A stretch of DNA of 64,000 bases from Thermoanaerobaculia bacterium (lineage in GTDB: Bacteria; Acidobacteriota; Thermoanaerobaculia; Multivoradales; Multivoraceae). Under the pieces are notes generated by a model. It searched no databases. It was not told the origin of the DNA and was given only the letters and a program-made list of their open reading frames with translations. Every line of letters begins with the position of its first letter. The first letter of the stretch is position 1. Shown here piece after piece: positions 21,634 through 31,813 of the stretch. Where the stretch lies: assembly GCA_963666565.1 (NCBI GenBank), contig OY762911.1, positions 1,664,001-1,728,000 of the forward strand. The letters run 5' to 3'. The translations under genes and the position numbers were made by a program.

Positions 21634-22731
21634 ATGAGAAAAGAAACGAATGAATGGAGCGTCCGCATGCTCGCGGACCTTAGGCCTCGAATCAACGTCG
21701 AGGCGGAGTACCAGCGCAGCAGCGTCTGGTCGCGGGCACAACAGGCGCTCTTGATTGACTCGATTCTCAGAGGCTTCGATGTTCCTAAGATCTACCTCAG
21801 GAAGCTGCCAGATGGAAGTCCTCATCTCTTCGATGTTGTCGACGGGAAGCAGCGGCTTACAGCCATCTGGTCGTTCCTCGAGGATGATTTACCACTCCTG
21901 AAGACAGCCGAGACCTTTCCGGAGGTGGGTGATCTAGGCGGTCGGTCATGGTCAGAGCTTCCGGATCCGGCCCGAGATCGGCTGCAGTTCTCCAGCATTA
22001 CCGTATCGAAGCTGGAGAACGCGTCGGAAGACGACATTCGGGAGTTGTTCCTTAGACTCCAAAAGGGTGAGCCACTCAAGGCTGCGGAGAAGCGCAATGC
22101 TATGGTGGGTCCCGTACGCGACTTCGTCGCGGACACGCTGGCCTGCCATCCGTTCTGGTCTAAGTCTGGAATTCGGGAGGCACGACTTGGCTGGCATGAG
22201 CATTCAGCCATCGTTCTCTCCCTTGCAATACAAGGTGGACCAACCGGAGTAAAGGGAGCGGACCTTCAGCAGCTCTACAGCGAACAGGACTTCGATGCTA
22301 GCGGCGATGCGGCAGAGCGCGCTGTGAGTGTTCTTTCGGCCTTGGAGACGGTGGAGGACGCGGAGGGAGACGCTCTCATTCGCAACCGGTGGGCGGTAGT
22401 GGATTTGGCTGTCGTTGTGATGCGACTTCATCTAGAGGGGCGAACGGTTGACCCGGTGCTCCTTTCTAGCTTCTTTCAGGGCTTCGAGACGGAGCGCTTG
22501 AGGGTTGGACGGGAGCTAAGGAACCTGCAGACGGAGGTCATCGAGTTGTCGACCGATGAGTCGGGTGACGATCTCACGATCTTCCTGCCTTCGGCGGCGC
22601 CCGACATGTTGGTGTACTACCTAGCGTTTTCCAGGGAGGGGGCAAGTAAGGAGAGCGTCCAGAAGCGTACCGACGTCATGTACGAACGTTACATGCAGTT
22701 CTGTGCGTCGGGAAGCGAGGACCCCGAGTGA
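21634..22731 (+). CDS. DUF262 (GmrS/SspE N-terminal-like, ParB/Srx fold) protein without a visible HNH domain
   Basis: YQRSSVW, LIDSILRGF.VP, VVDGKQRLTAI, LFLRLQKGEPL; no EHIxP motif seen. Confidence 0.85.
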   Translation: MRKETNEWSVRMLADLRPRINVEAEYQRSSVWSRAQQALLIDSILRGFDVPKIYLRKLPDGSPHLFDVVDGKQRLTAIWSFLEDDLPLLKTAETFPEVGDLGGRSWSELPDPARDRLQFSSITVSKLENASEDDIRELFLRLQKGEPLKAAEKRNAMVGPVRDFVADTLACHPFWSKSGIREARLGWHEHSAIVLSLAIQGGPTGVKGADLQQLYSEQDFDASGDAAERAVSVLSALETVEDAEGDALIRNRWAVVDLAVVVMRLHLEGRTVDPVLLSSFFQGFETERLRVGRELRNLQTEVIELSTDESGDDLTIFLPSAAPDMLVYYLAFSREGASKESVQKRTDVMYERYMQFCASGSEDPE

Positions 22732-23456
22732 GATTCTCTCGGCCAGTTCTGTTCAGGGCGGCTAGGGTTCTGGCGGTGGTGGTACTTGGCGTACTCGGGG
22801 TCGTGGCTAGTGGTAACTCCGTGGGGATGGGCGTAGCTGCCGGTCTTTGCGGTGTTGCGGTTGTTGTTCTAGAGGTGGGGAGCGCGCGTTGGGAAGGTCG
22901 TTCGGCAAATCCGCTTGGTGCGAAGCATGACGCGGTTCTCGGTCGGGCGATGACCCTGATAGCAGATCTCGCGCAGCTAGCCGGAAGGGAGTACGATCTT
23001 TGGGTGGTGGATTTGTATCTTCCGAAGTACGAGCTATTGGCGTGGTCCCCTTCTCGCTCGGGAACGTTGGGGTTAGCCGTGCACTTGGCGTTGACGGATA
23101 CCCGGAGCGTTCCCAATCAGTTGGATGTCGACGACTCCCTCATAGGATCCGTCTTTTCGGAGTGTCGGCCCGCGCACTGGTGGGATGAGACGCTCGCATC
23201 TTCGGCGGACGAAAATCGGTGGTGGGGGCTTGACGAGAAGAGCAGAGAGCGGTTTCGGGATGAGGAGTACGGTGTGATGAGTGCTTTTCCTGTGGTGAGT
23301 AGCCTGGGTACCGACTGTTGCGGTGTGCTTGTCGTGCACGTCAGGCGCGACGTCGAGGCCGCGACCAAGGCGCTTTCGGTGCTTCGGCAGGAGGAGGGGA
23401 AGCGCAGAGTAGCGGCGGCCTGCCGTGACATGTTCAACCAGTTGAGGTCGGCATAG
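22728..23456 (+). CDS. Membrane protein, two N-terminal TM helices plus GAF-like C-terminal domain
   Basis: Two hydrophobic segments in first ~50 aa; C-terminal GSVF...SAFPVVSSLGTDCCGVLVVH resembles GAF; GTGA coupled to DUF262 gene. Confidence 0.6.
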   Translation: MRFSRPVLFRAARVLAVVVLGVLGVVASGNSVGMGVAAGLCGVAVVVLEVGSARWEGRSANPLGAKHDAVLGRAMTLIADLAQLAGREYDLWVVDLYLPKYELLAWSPSRSGTLGLAVHLALTDTRSVPNQLDVDDSLIGSVFSECRPAHWWDETLASSADENRWWGLDEKSRERFRDEEYGVMSAFPVVSSLGTDCCGVLVVHVRRDVEAATKALSVLRQEEGKRRVAAACRDMFNQLRSA

Positions 23457-23547
23457 GGTTGGCGGAGGCTCGGAGACTCAGGGGTCGTACCGGGTAGGAG
23501 GGCAGGGAAGAGAACGGTTGAGTGGTCAAGTGACCCGGAGAGCGGCG

Positions 23548-24390
23548 TCACTTGTGGCATGCCAAGCACACCTTCGCCTGTCCATAGAGATCGTCGATAT
23601 CCAGAACCTCGGCGTCCGGCCGTAGCGGATTGGGCTGCAGCGTCGCTCGCGTCCGCGCTAGTCGCCGCTGATGATCTTGTCGAATCTGCTCGACGCGCTC
23701 CGGTCGTTCCAGTTCGATCAGGGACTCGCCCTGACTCCAAGTGAAAGGCGACCCGTGTTCAACGGCGGTCTTCTCGTAGGCCTTGGCCTCTTCGAACGCG
23801 TCCGGATGGCGCTCCCTTAGGCGAACCCACTCGATCTTCTGCTGGAAGAAGCAGAACGTGCAGCCGCTCCGAGTGCGCCACTCGTAGTATGTCGGCAATC
23901 CCAATCCGGCGCTGTAGAGGAGCTCAAGCACGCCTTCCTTGTTGATTCCGGCTTCCTTCAAGGGCAAGCGCACCTTGAGGTTCTCGCGTTTTGAGGAGTA
24001 GCCCTCGCGGTACTCTTCGTCGGCCCGGATGGCGACGTAGCTGGTCACTGTGGTGCCCTCCTCAAGTGCTGGTCGGACCCAACTTTCGAAGGGGCGCAGC
24101 TTGAGCATGCGGGTGCACCAGCGGCTCTGAGCGGACGGCAGGAAGTCGTTGTATCGCTTGAGCCAGAAGTCGAAGTCGCGGTCCGGGTTGAGCCGGAGAA
24201 TCGGCTTGCCCAGGAATCCTTCGAGGCGATTGAGGAACTCATAGACCTCTGGAAGTTCCTTGCCGGTGTCGGTGAAGAAGTAGTCGATGTCGAGGTCGGG
24301 ATGGTTCTGGCGCATGTGTACGGCCAGAGCGGCGCTGTCTCGACCGCCCGAGAGACCCAGGACGTGCCATTCGGTCCGTTCACTGCTCAT
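23548..24390 (-). CDS. sspD: PAPS reductase-family protein, SspD-like (DNA phosphorothioation)
   Basis: SGGRDS PP-loop, FTDTGKE, RWCTRMLK, RSGCTFCF, C-terminal CLACHK; coupled to sspC-like gene. Confidence 0.8.
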   Translation of the reverse strand: MSSERTEWHVLGLSGGRDSAALAVHMRQNHPDLDIDYFFTDTGKELPEVYEFLNRLEGFLGKPILRLNPDRDFDFWLKRYNDFLPSAQSRWCTRMLKLRPFESWVRPALEEGTTVTSYVAIRADEEYREGYSSKRENLKVRLPLKEAGINKEGVLELLYSAGLGLPTYYEWRTRSGCTFCFFQQKIEWVRLRERHPDAFEEAKAYEKTAVEHGSPFTWSQGESLIELERPERVEQIRQDHQRRLARTRATLQPNPLRPDAEVLDIDDLYGQAKVCLACHK

Positions 24391-27300
24391 GAGGTGCCGG
24401 GCTCCGCGTCATCCGCCCCGGTGGCCGAAGGGGAGGCCAAGTAGCGGGCACTTACTTCGGCGAGCGCCGCAAGGACGATGCTGCGGCGCCCGTTTCCGGC
24501 CTCGGTCAGGACGGCATCGAGCCTTGAAGCGAGCGACTCGACATCCGGCCGGTCGAGGTCCCCTACCGCGAACTCGTCGTGCAGGGTGGCCGGAGCGCCT
24601 TCCAGGCCGACGACGACGGCCATCGAGTGGCGCTTGTCGACGCGGCCCTTGACGCGGGCGAAGGCCTCGGCGCGAAGGAAGCCCTGGGCCAGGGCTGCGA
24701 TCTCGACGGTGGCTCGGTCGATGTCGGGATCAACCCAGGCTTGCGGCGGCTTGTTGACTGCCAGGCTGGCGAGCCCTTTGATGTCGTCCTCGGTCCCCTC
24801 GAAGCGGGACAGCCGGACGATGAAGGCCTCGAGACGGTGGTCGCCGCCCAGCTCACGAATGTTCTCGGCGCGATGCCGCAGTTCGCCGAGCATGGCAGGT
24901 GAGGAGTTCGGCACCTGAAGCTCCGAGAGCAGGACCTCTCGCAACCGGCCGAGCATCGCAGGCCATGCCTCGATGAGCTCCGACAGGCCCTGCCGCACGC
25001 GTTCCGCGATGCGCGCAGCAGCATCTTCTTCGGCATCGGCATGAGGCTCCTTCAGGAGCTCGGGCATGTCGTCGAACAGGAGGCGGTTCGGGTCCTTCGC
25101 TTGCCGGAACAAGTGGCGGATGTCGCGAGCGTTGCGCGAGAGTCGCTGCGTACGGCCTGTCCAGGACGGCAGCCTGTCGTGGATCGCTACCAGGCCTCTG
25201 GCCACGTCGATCGGTTCCAAGTACGCGAGTGCGTTGGCGGGGTCCAGGTCCCGAACGACTTCCGCCAACTCAGCGAGTAGTTGCCTGGAAACGCCGCCCA
25301 GGTCCATCCACCGAAACTGAATGTCCGATGCGTCTCGCACCAGGAAGTCGAGGTCCAGGTCCGTGATACGGGTTTGGAACACGCGTTCCCGGTAGAAGGC
25401 CAATTCGCTGTGGTGAGACAGCAGAAGGGCCACCGAGAGTACGGGGAGGAGGCCGTCTTTGATGCCGAGCGGGGGCTGGCGCCAGATGTCGTGGATTTCG
25501 CTGACCGCTACAGCGCGATGGGCGTTGCTCACGAGGAAGTCCCGGGCCGCTTGCCATGCAGGCGCCAGGTGGTGAGTGTCCGAGAGACCCGGCTCGGGCG
25601 CCATGAAGCGCCAGCCGTCCTCCGATCTTCGGTACAACCCGGTCGCCAACAGGAGGGAAACGAAGAGGCCTGCTTCGGCCGGAAACGCCTCGATGCCGAG
25701 CCGTGTCTCGCCCTCGTTCAGCACCATGCGCCGGAGAAGGGCGTTCTGCGCGGCGACAGCGTTGCTCGATGGTCTTGCCCGACCGAGGAGTTCGTTGTGG
25801 AGCCTGGGCGCGTCGTGGAACCGGGCATCGGCCAAGTCGGAGGCCAAGGCGCTCAGGCCGGCGCGTGAGAGTTGAGCGGGCCGTGCATCCTTGCCGTACC
25901 AGGACGCGCTGTCGAACATTCGCGTGATCTCGGTTTCGAGGCTCTGCTCCACGGCTTCGATGCGTGCGTGAACCTCAGCACGAGCGACGCGGTCCCCTTG
26001 CAGCTCGGGAGTTTCGTCCCGCACCCGTTCCAGTGCGGTCAGTTCTCTCGCCAAGTCTCGGATGCCCCATGCGCTGGGGGAGAATCCCGCGAGGACGTCC
26101 CACTCACCGGAGGAGTCGGCGGCATCTCGACACAGGGCCCTCGCTTCGTGCTCCGATTCGCCTTGGGTGGGAATCCCTAGGAGGAAGGCCCCGATCGAGC
26201 CCTGTTGCGGGGAGAAGTCGGCGGCGGCTTGCCCCAACTCCTCCAAAGGCAGAACACTGACATCGAACCACCGGAGGGCCCCTGTCTGGTGGTAGTGGCG
26301 CTTCGCCACGACGTGATCAAGTTCGGTCGACGTGCGCAACACGCGGAAGTCCAGCGCACCGGGTGCGAGAGTTTTGGCTTCGAGCGCTCGGTCGATGTCG
26401 AAGTCGCTGCCCTCGAAGACCGCCCAAGCGTTGGAGAACTTCCGGAAGACTATGAGTGAGCGATCACGCAGGCCTTCCAGAGCGGTAGCGATCTCCTTAG
26501 CCTCGTGTTCCCGGCAAGCCAGCCCAAGTAGCTCTTCGCTAGCCGTCAGGCCGGAGCTTTCCTTGAGCAGGTCCAGGAGCGCGATCACCTTGAGCAGCCT
26601 CTGATCCAGTTCGTCGCATCCCATAGCTTCGCTTCGGCCGAGGGCGTAGGAGGCGAGCGACCAGCGGTGGCTATCCGGCGACACGAGGATCGACGGTTCC
26701 AGGTTGGCGCGCAGATAGTCCCAGAGGCGGTCGGGGGTGTAGATCTCCTCTTCGTTGGCGGTGCGCAAGAAGTCCTGGAAGCCGAGAGGTTCGGCTGAGT
26801 TGAGGAATGCGAACAGGCTCCTCTGGTTCTGTCCGAAGCGACGCCGAGAAAGCGGGCCCAGCAGGCAGGCGACGATGGGGTGCAAGGGCCAGCAGTCGTC
26901 CAGCCTTTCGGCCAGGGTGGTCGATGTCCGCCGTGAGAGTTGGGCTACCTGCGCCGCCAGTTGGCGCGGTCGCTGCGGCCGATGCCCGTTCTCGATCGCT
27001 CGGCCGAGAAGCTCGATCTGTTCCTCGCCGGCCGTGTTGATCGGCAGGTCTACGAACCGGCCCTGGATCTTCGCCCAGTCGTCGCGGGCCTCTCGCGAGA
27101 GCCGATGCGCGTACTCGGCGAAAGCCTGATGGAGGATTCCGACGATGATGAGCCGCCCGCCGCTTCGAGACGCGCGTTCCGCCAATCGTTGAAAGAGGTG
27201 GATGTCGGACCCGTCGTGCGCCGCCGCTTCGAGGAACTTGCCCATCTCGTCGATGAATACGAAGAGACCGCCGCCTGCGCGGGGGTGCCGACCCGCGAGC

Positions 27301-27758
27301 TCCTCCAGCGCGTCAAGGACGCGCGTCTCCGTCCAGGAGTCCGGCGGCAGCCACTCCGACGCTTCGATCGCTTGACCGATGACTCGGGCCGGAGCGTCGC
27401 GCCGGGCGGACACGGGGAGGACCAGCCAGCCACGGGTCCGTGGCGGAAGGGCGCCGGTTAGCGCGTCGAACGTAGCTTCGCCCAGCAGGGATTGGGCCTC
27501 GTTCCGGAGGCGCTTCGCGCCGTTCAGCGCTGCGCCCAGGACGACCGCCAAGCTAGACTTGCCGGCGCCGTAGGGCCCCGTCCAAGTGAACGCGCCCTGT
27601 CCGGTGCTTGCTACGTGGTGGGCCATGATCTCAAGGGCTTCGGCTGAAGAGCGGGGGCAGATGAACCCTTTCAGGGCGGACGGGTCGCTCATGTCCGAGC
27701 CGATGTTGATGGCGCGTTGGTAGCGCCGCGCTACGTGGACCCGTTCTGCCAGCGTCAC
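24387..27758 (-). CDS. sspC: Large P-loop ATPase, SspC-like
   Basis: GPYGAGKSS Walker A, FIDEMGKFLE Walker B, W.KIQGRF, PLHP, GQNQRSLF; lies between DUF4007 and PAPS reductase genes. Confidence 0.8.
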   Translation of the reverse strand: MTLAERVHVARRYQRAINIGSDMSDPSALKGFICPRSSAEALEIMAHHVASTGQGAFTWTGPYGAGKSSLAVVLGAALNGAKRLRNEAQSLLGEATFDALTGALPPRTRGWLVLPVSARRDAPARVIGQAIEASEWLPPDSWTETRVLDALEELAGRHPRAGGGLFVFIDEMGKFLEAAAHDGSDIHLFQRLAERASRSGGRLIIVGILHQAFAEYAHRLSREARDDWAKIQGRFVDLPINTAGEEQIELLGRAIENGHRPQRPRQLAAQVAQLSRRTSTTLAERLDDCWPLHPIVACLLGPLSRRRFGQNQRSLFAFLNSAEPLGFQDFLRTANEEEIYTPDRLWDYLRANLEPSILVSPDSHRWSLASYALGRSEAMGCDELDQRLLKVIALLDLLKESSGLTASEELLGLACREHEAKEIATALEGLRDRSLIVFRKFSNAWAVFEGSDFDIDRALEAKTLAPGALDFRVLRTSTELDHVVAKRHYHQTGALRWFDVSVLPLEELGQAAADFSPQQGSIGAFLLGIPTQGESEHEARALCRDAADSSGEWDVLAGFSPSAWGIRDLARELTALERVRDETPELQGDRVARAEVHARIEAVEQSLETEITRMFDSASWYGKDARPAQLSRAGLSALASDLADARFHDAPRLHNELLGRARPSSNAVAAQNALLRRMVLNEGETRLGIEAFPAEAGLFVSLLLATGLYRRSEDGWRFMAPEPGLSDTHHLAPAWQAARDFLVSNAHRAVAVSEIHDIWRQPPLGIKDGLLPVLSVALLLSHHSELAFYRERVFQTRITDLDLDFLVRDASDIQFRWMDLGGVSRQLLAELAEVVRDLDPANALAYLEPIDVARGLVAIHDRLPSWTGRTQRLSRNARDIRHLFRQAKDPNRLLFDDMPELLKEPHADAEEDAAARIAERVRQGLSELIEAWPAMLGRLREVLLSELQVPNSSPAMLGELRHRAENIRELGGDHRLEAFIVRLSRFEGTEDDIKGLASLAVNKPPQAWVDPDIDRATVEIAALAQGFLRAEAFARVKGRVDKRHSMAVVVGLEGAPATLHDEFAVGDLDRPDVESLASRLDAVLTEAGNGRRSIVLAALAEVSARYLASPSATGADDAEPGTS

Positions 27759-28711
27759 TAGGCCACCTTCTCGCGGCCGGACAGTACGTAGTCCTGCTCG
27801 ATGAAGTCGAGCGCTTCGGCCTCGCCCACCGTGTGCGTGCGGATCAACTGCTTCAGTCCCGCGGTCTCGGACCACCGGTACACGCCCCCGGTGTCTTCTT
27901 CCATTCCGAGGAGCCGGTCTGCGAGCGCGTCCTCGTCCAGCAGGAACACCCTGCCGGGCGATCCCGGCTCGTGGGCGAGAGCTTCGAACGACAGCGTCGC
28001 GGCGGCGGAGTAGAGATCCCAGAACTCGGTCACGGCCAGAGCGAACACGCCGGCTCCGAGCGTCGGCTTCTGACCTCGCATGAAGCGGAAGCCGTCACGG
28101 CTTCCCGCGGAGCGGATCAGGCCGAGTTCCGTCAGCGGCGACTCCAGGGCGTCCTCGTAGCTCGCCTTGGCCGAGGTTGGGCGTCGAACGTAACTGCGAA
28201 CGAAGCACTTGACGTCGTTGGCGATCGTGGTTGCCGCCGCTCGTGGCCACCGCCGGTCCTGCTTGAGCTTCAAGATCCCTTGAACCAGCGCATCGCGCTC
28301 GAACGTCATGGACGGATAGTGACCGAACGCCCAGAACCATGTCGTGTTTTTCGGGTTTCCGCAGAGGCGCCAGTGAACGAGCCAAGTCGTCGCCGGGACC
28401 TCCATGTAGGGGTCGAGACCGTCGTCGGCGAACAGGCGTCGCCCGAGTTCGGTAGGCGAGGGCTTGCCGCTCGTCTCCTCGACCACGCCGGCGGCACCGG
28501 CCCAATGGCGCATCGATGCCACCATGTTCCGCCCGACTCCGAACCGGGCGATCGCGTCATCCGCCAGGAAGACGGACTTACCCCCGGCCGGCTCGCCACC
28601 GGTCGCCACCGCGTCGAACGCCTTCTTTAGCCATCCGTAGCGGAGCGGGAAGGTCTCGTGCCCCGAGAGCTTCGGCCGGTATCCGTCTTCGTATAGAGGG
28701 CCTCGGAACAT
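27758..28711 (-). CDS. sspB: DUF4007 family protein, SspB-like
   Basis: SGHETFPLRYGWLKK, FGVGRNMV.SMRHW, DPYME...T.WL.HW, ETAGLKQ. Confidence 0.85.
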   Translation of the reverse strand: MFRGPLYEDGYRPKLSGHETFPLRYGWLKKAFDAVATGGEPAGGKSVFLADDAIARFGVGRNMVASMRHWAGAAGVVEETSGKPSPTELGRRLFADDGLDPYMEVPATTWLVHWRLCGNPKNTTWFWAFGHYPSMTFERDALVQGILKLKQDRRWPRAAATTIANDVKCFVRSYVRRPTSAKASYEDALESPLTELGLIRSAGSRDGFRFMRGQKPTLGAGVFALAVTEFWDLYSAAATLSFEALAHEPGSPGRVFLLDEDALADRLLGMEEDTGGVYRWSETAGLKQLIRTHTVGEAEALDFIEQDYVLSGREKVA

Positions 28712-28809
28712 CGGTCTGCGGGGCTGGACGCTGTGTCCAGTTCGACAGTAGGCCATTCCGTTGCTAGCGTCAAGGCCGCGCCTGGACTCCGCGTCCAGCC
28801 GCCTCCTGC

Positions 28810-29988
28810 ATGCGCGACGGCGAGATCATCTACGCCGACTATCAGGCGACAACTCCTGTCGACCCGCGTGTGGTCGACCGGATGGCTCCGTACTGGAACG
28901 AGGCCTTCGGCAACCCGCACTCTAGCGACCACATCGTCGGGTGGCGGGCTGCTCAGGCCGTCGAGGATGCCGCGGACTCAGTTGCGGGCTTGATCGGCGC
29001 CGACGCCGACGAGATCGTCTTCACGTCGGGGGCCACAGAGGCGAACAACCTCGCGTTGTTCGGCTTGGCGCGACGAGCGCCGCCGGGCCGTAATCGCATT
29101 CTCGTCAGCGCCATCGAGCACAAGTGCGTCCTTGCCACCGCACGGGCGCTTGCGGCCCGCGAGGGCTTTGTCGTGGAGAGCCTTCCTGTGGACCGGGAGG
29201 GTGTGGTAGCCCCGGCGGACTTGGAAGCGCGAGTCGGCGATGACGTGCTCGTCGCATCCGTCATGGCGGTGAACAACGAGGTCGGGACGGTTCAGGACGT
29301 GCCGGGCTTAGCGGCGGTTCTTCATGCTCGCGGCATACCCCTTCACTGCGATGCCGCGCAGGGGCCTTGCGGCATGTGGGTTGGCGACTTGGCCTCACAG
29401 GCCGACTTGATCAGCCTCTCTGGTCACAAGATGTACGGTCCGCAGGGAGTTGGCGCGCTGTACGTGAGTCGCGATCTTCAGACTGCCCTCGAGCCCCTTA
29501 TCTACGGTGGCGGGCAGCAGGACGGCCTTCGGTCCGGCACTGTGCCACTGCCGCTCTGTGCCGGCCTGGGTAGTGCGGCCGTTTTGCTCACCGGCCCGAA
29601 GGCTACGGAGGAGCGTAAGGAGCTCCGGAGGCTGCGGGACCGGTTTGTAGATCTCCTCCGTGCCGGCACCTACCGGCTGTCGGGGAACGGTCCCGCCACC
29701 GGTGGCCATCCGGGCAACGTCAACCTCCGGTTTCACGGCTACGATGCACGGGACGTGTTGGCGGCGCTGCAACCGCGCCTCGCGGCATCGACAGGTGCGG
29801 CCTGTGCTTCCGGCATCCCCGAGCCGTCGCACGTGCTTCGAGCCCTTCGCCTCAGTGGCGACGCATGCGACGAGTCTATTCGGTTCAGTTTCGGCCGATT
29901 CACGACCGAGGAAGAAGTCGAGGCTGCCGCCGCGCTCGTGCTGCGGGCGTTGGCGTCGCTCCCTGTAGGCCCCCCGCTGGACTGCTGA
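28810..29988 (+). CDS. sspA: Cysteine desulfurase (IscS/DndA/SspA-like), divergent from sspBCD
   Basis: DYQATTP, FGNPHS, FTSGATEANN, SGHKMYGPQG, RSGT, STGAACASG. Confidence 0.85.
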   Translation: MRDGEIIYADYQATTPVDPRVVDRMAPYWNEAFGNPHSSDHIVGWRAAQAVEDAADSVAGLIGADADEIVFTSGATEANNLALFGLARRAPPGRNRILVSAIEHKCVLATARALAAREGFVVESLPVDREGVVAPADLEARVGDDVLVASVMAVNNEVGTVQDVPGLAAVLHARGIPLHCDAAQGPCGMWVGDLASQADLISLSGHKMYGPQGVGALYVSRDLQTALEPLIYGGGQQDGLRSGTVPLPLCAGLGSAAVLLTGPKATEERKELRRLRDRFVDLLRAGTYRLSGNGPATGGHPGNVNLRFHGYDARDVLAALQPRLAASTGAACASGIPEPSHVLRALRLSGDACDESIRFSFGRFTTEEEVEAAAALVLRALASLPVGPPLDC

Positions 29989-30190
29989 GCCGTGCGGTCT
30001 GAGTGCTACAGTCCGCCGACTTGAGGTCAGGACCCTTGGCTGCAACGAGCAGCCCTGCGGACGCCTGACGCCCTGGAGTTGTTCGTGTGGCACGACGGAA
30101 GAGCTTCGGCCCCGATGCTCTCGGGTAAAGCCCGGAGCGTTCCTCTGACGTTGCCGCAGCGGTTCATCTCAGCATGGCGGGCAGGCTGAA

Positions 30191-31813
30191 GTGCCCTGCC
30201 CGGTGGTTGGCGGCCCCGGTCTCACGGTAGGCCGATTCCTCGATACGATTCCGGACCGAGAGGTTCGCCGCCTCTTGGAGGGCCGCACCTTGGCGCTTCT
30301 GAACGTCGTCTCGGGTTGCGAGGTCGAGGGTCCGCGACTGCGCCTAGCGGTCCGAGCGATGGTGGACTTCGGTGCGCTTCTGGAAGAGTCGAGGAGCCGG
30401 GCACTGGTGCTCGGCCTGCTCCCTGAGCCCAAGCGCGCCGAACTGGGTCACCGCCTTGGCAGGAGCGTGTCCTCGGATGCCGCAGAGAATTGGACCAAGG
30501 CCGATGTCAGCGGCCTTCGTGCCTTCTTCGGACTACTGGAGGACGATCGAGTTGTACCCTCGCCGTTGGCAGCGCCGGTCGAATCGGTCGTGCCCGCCTA
30601 CGGCCTGTTCGATCATCAGCGCGCTGCCGTTCGACGGTTGCTGCCCCTGCTGGCTGAAGACGAGCGTCGAGCGGTGCTGCACTTTCCCACCGGTGCGGGA
30701 AAGACGCGGACGGCGATGCACGTGGTCGCAAAGGCGCTGCGAGACGTTGAACCTTCGGTGGTGGTCTGGCTCGCGTCTGGCAGGGAGCTACTCGAGCAAG
30801 CTCTGCAATCCTTCAAGGAGGCCTGGACACGTCTCGGCACAAGGCCTCTGCAGCTTGGAACCATGTCTGGCAACCGGATGCCTGATCTGGCCGACTTCAA
30901 AGATGGGTTCCTCGCCGTCGGCCTGGAGAAGGGCTGGGCCGTACTCTCGCGGACGGACCCTGACTGGGCTGTGCGACTTGCACCACGTGTGCGATTGGTC
31001 GTCTTCGATGAGGCCCATCGGAGCACCGCACAGACCTATCGCCGCCTTACCGATGATCTGACCCTCGACTATCGCTGTGCACTCCTGGGACTGACTGCAA
31101 CGCCTGGTCGAACCTGGGCAGACATCGACGAGGATGGGGAGTTGGCCGACCTATACTCCAGGGCCAAAGTCGCGCTAGAGGTTCCTGGAGGTGGCAATCC
31201 GGTGAAGTACCTGATTGAGGGTGGCTACTTGGCTCGGCCGTTGTTCCGAACACTCTTCGCTAAACCCGGCGTCGAGATCGACGAGCAGGAAGTCGCCCGG
31301 ATCGCGAGAGCGATGGAGATACCGGAGAAGACCGTCGCTGCTCTGTCGGTGAGTGAACAGTATGTAACGGCCGTGCTTCAAGCGATCGAGGGCCTGCTTC
31401 GTGCTGGGCACCAGCGAGTTCTGGTCTTCGGTGCGAGTGTTGACCAGGTGCTCTTGCTGTCGGGTATTCTCCTTGCGCGCGGAATTCGTGGCTGGGCGGT
31501 CACAGGTCTGACGTCCCGTAGAGATAGAGACCATGCGATTCAGGAGTTCACGGCTGAGGACGACGTGCCCCGAGTTCTTGTGAATTTCGGAGTGCTGACA
31601 ACCGGGTTCGACGCGCCGAAGGCGAGCGCGGTAGTGATCGCAAGACCTACGAAGTCACTCGTCTTGTTCAGCCAGATGGTGGGACGAGCCATCAGGGGAG
31701 AGAGAGTCGGAGGTACGGCAACTTGCGAGATCGTCACCGTTGTGGATCCGAGCCTGCCTGGTTTCGGCGATGTGGCGGAGGCGTTCTTGAACTGGGAGGA
31801 CGTATGGCAATGA
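30191..31813 (+). CDS. SF2 DEAD/DEAH (ResIII-like) helicase
   Basis: PTGAGKT, FDEAHR, GLTATP, LTTGFDAP, QMVGRAIRG; start uncertain. Confidence 0.9.
   Translation: MPCPVVGGPGLTVGRFLDTIPDREVRRLLEGRTLALLNVVSGCEVEGPRLRLAVRAMVDFGALLEESRSRALVLGLLPEPKRAELGHRLGRSVSSDAAENWTKADVSGLRAFFGLLEDDRVVPSPLAAPVESVVPAYGLFDHQRAAVRRLLPLLAEDERRAVLHFPTGAGKTRTAMHVVAKALRDVEPSVVVWLASGRELLEQALQSFKEAWTRLGTRPLQLGTMSGNRMPDLADFKDGFLAVGLEKGWAVLSRTDPDWAVRLAPRVRLVVFDEAHRSTAQTYRRLTDDLTLDYRCALLGLTATPGRTWADIDEDGELADLYSRAKVALEVPGGGNPVKYLIEGGYLARPLFRTLFAKPGVEIDEQEVARIARAMEIPEKTVAALSVSEQYVTAVLQAIEGLLRAGHQRVLVFGASVDQVLLLSGILLARGIRGWAVTGLTSRRDRDHAIQEFTAEDDVPRVLVNFGVLTTGFDAPKASAVVIARPTKSLVLFSQMVGRAIRGERVGGTATCEIVTVVDPSLPGFGDVAEAFLNWEDVWQ

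Noticed and set aside
21634-22731. Calling this gene sspE or gmrSD
   Set aside because: Only 365 aa and no DUF1524/HNH motif seen.
23548-28711. BREX type 4 or canonical Dnd system
   Set aside because: No pglZ/brxL or dndB/D/E recognisable; DUF4007-ATPase-PAPS reductase plus desulfurase fits SspABCD better.
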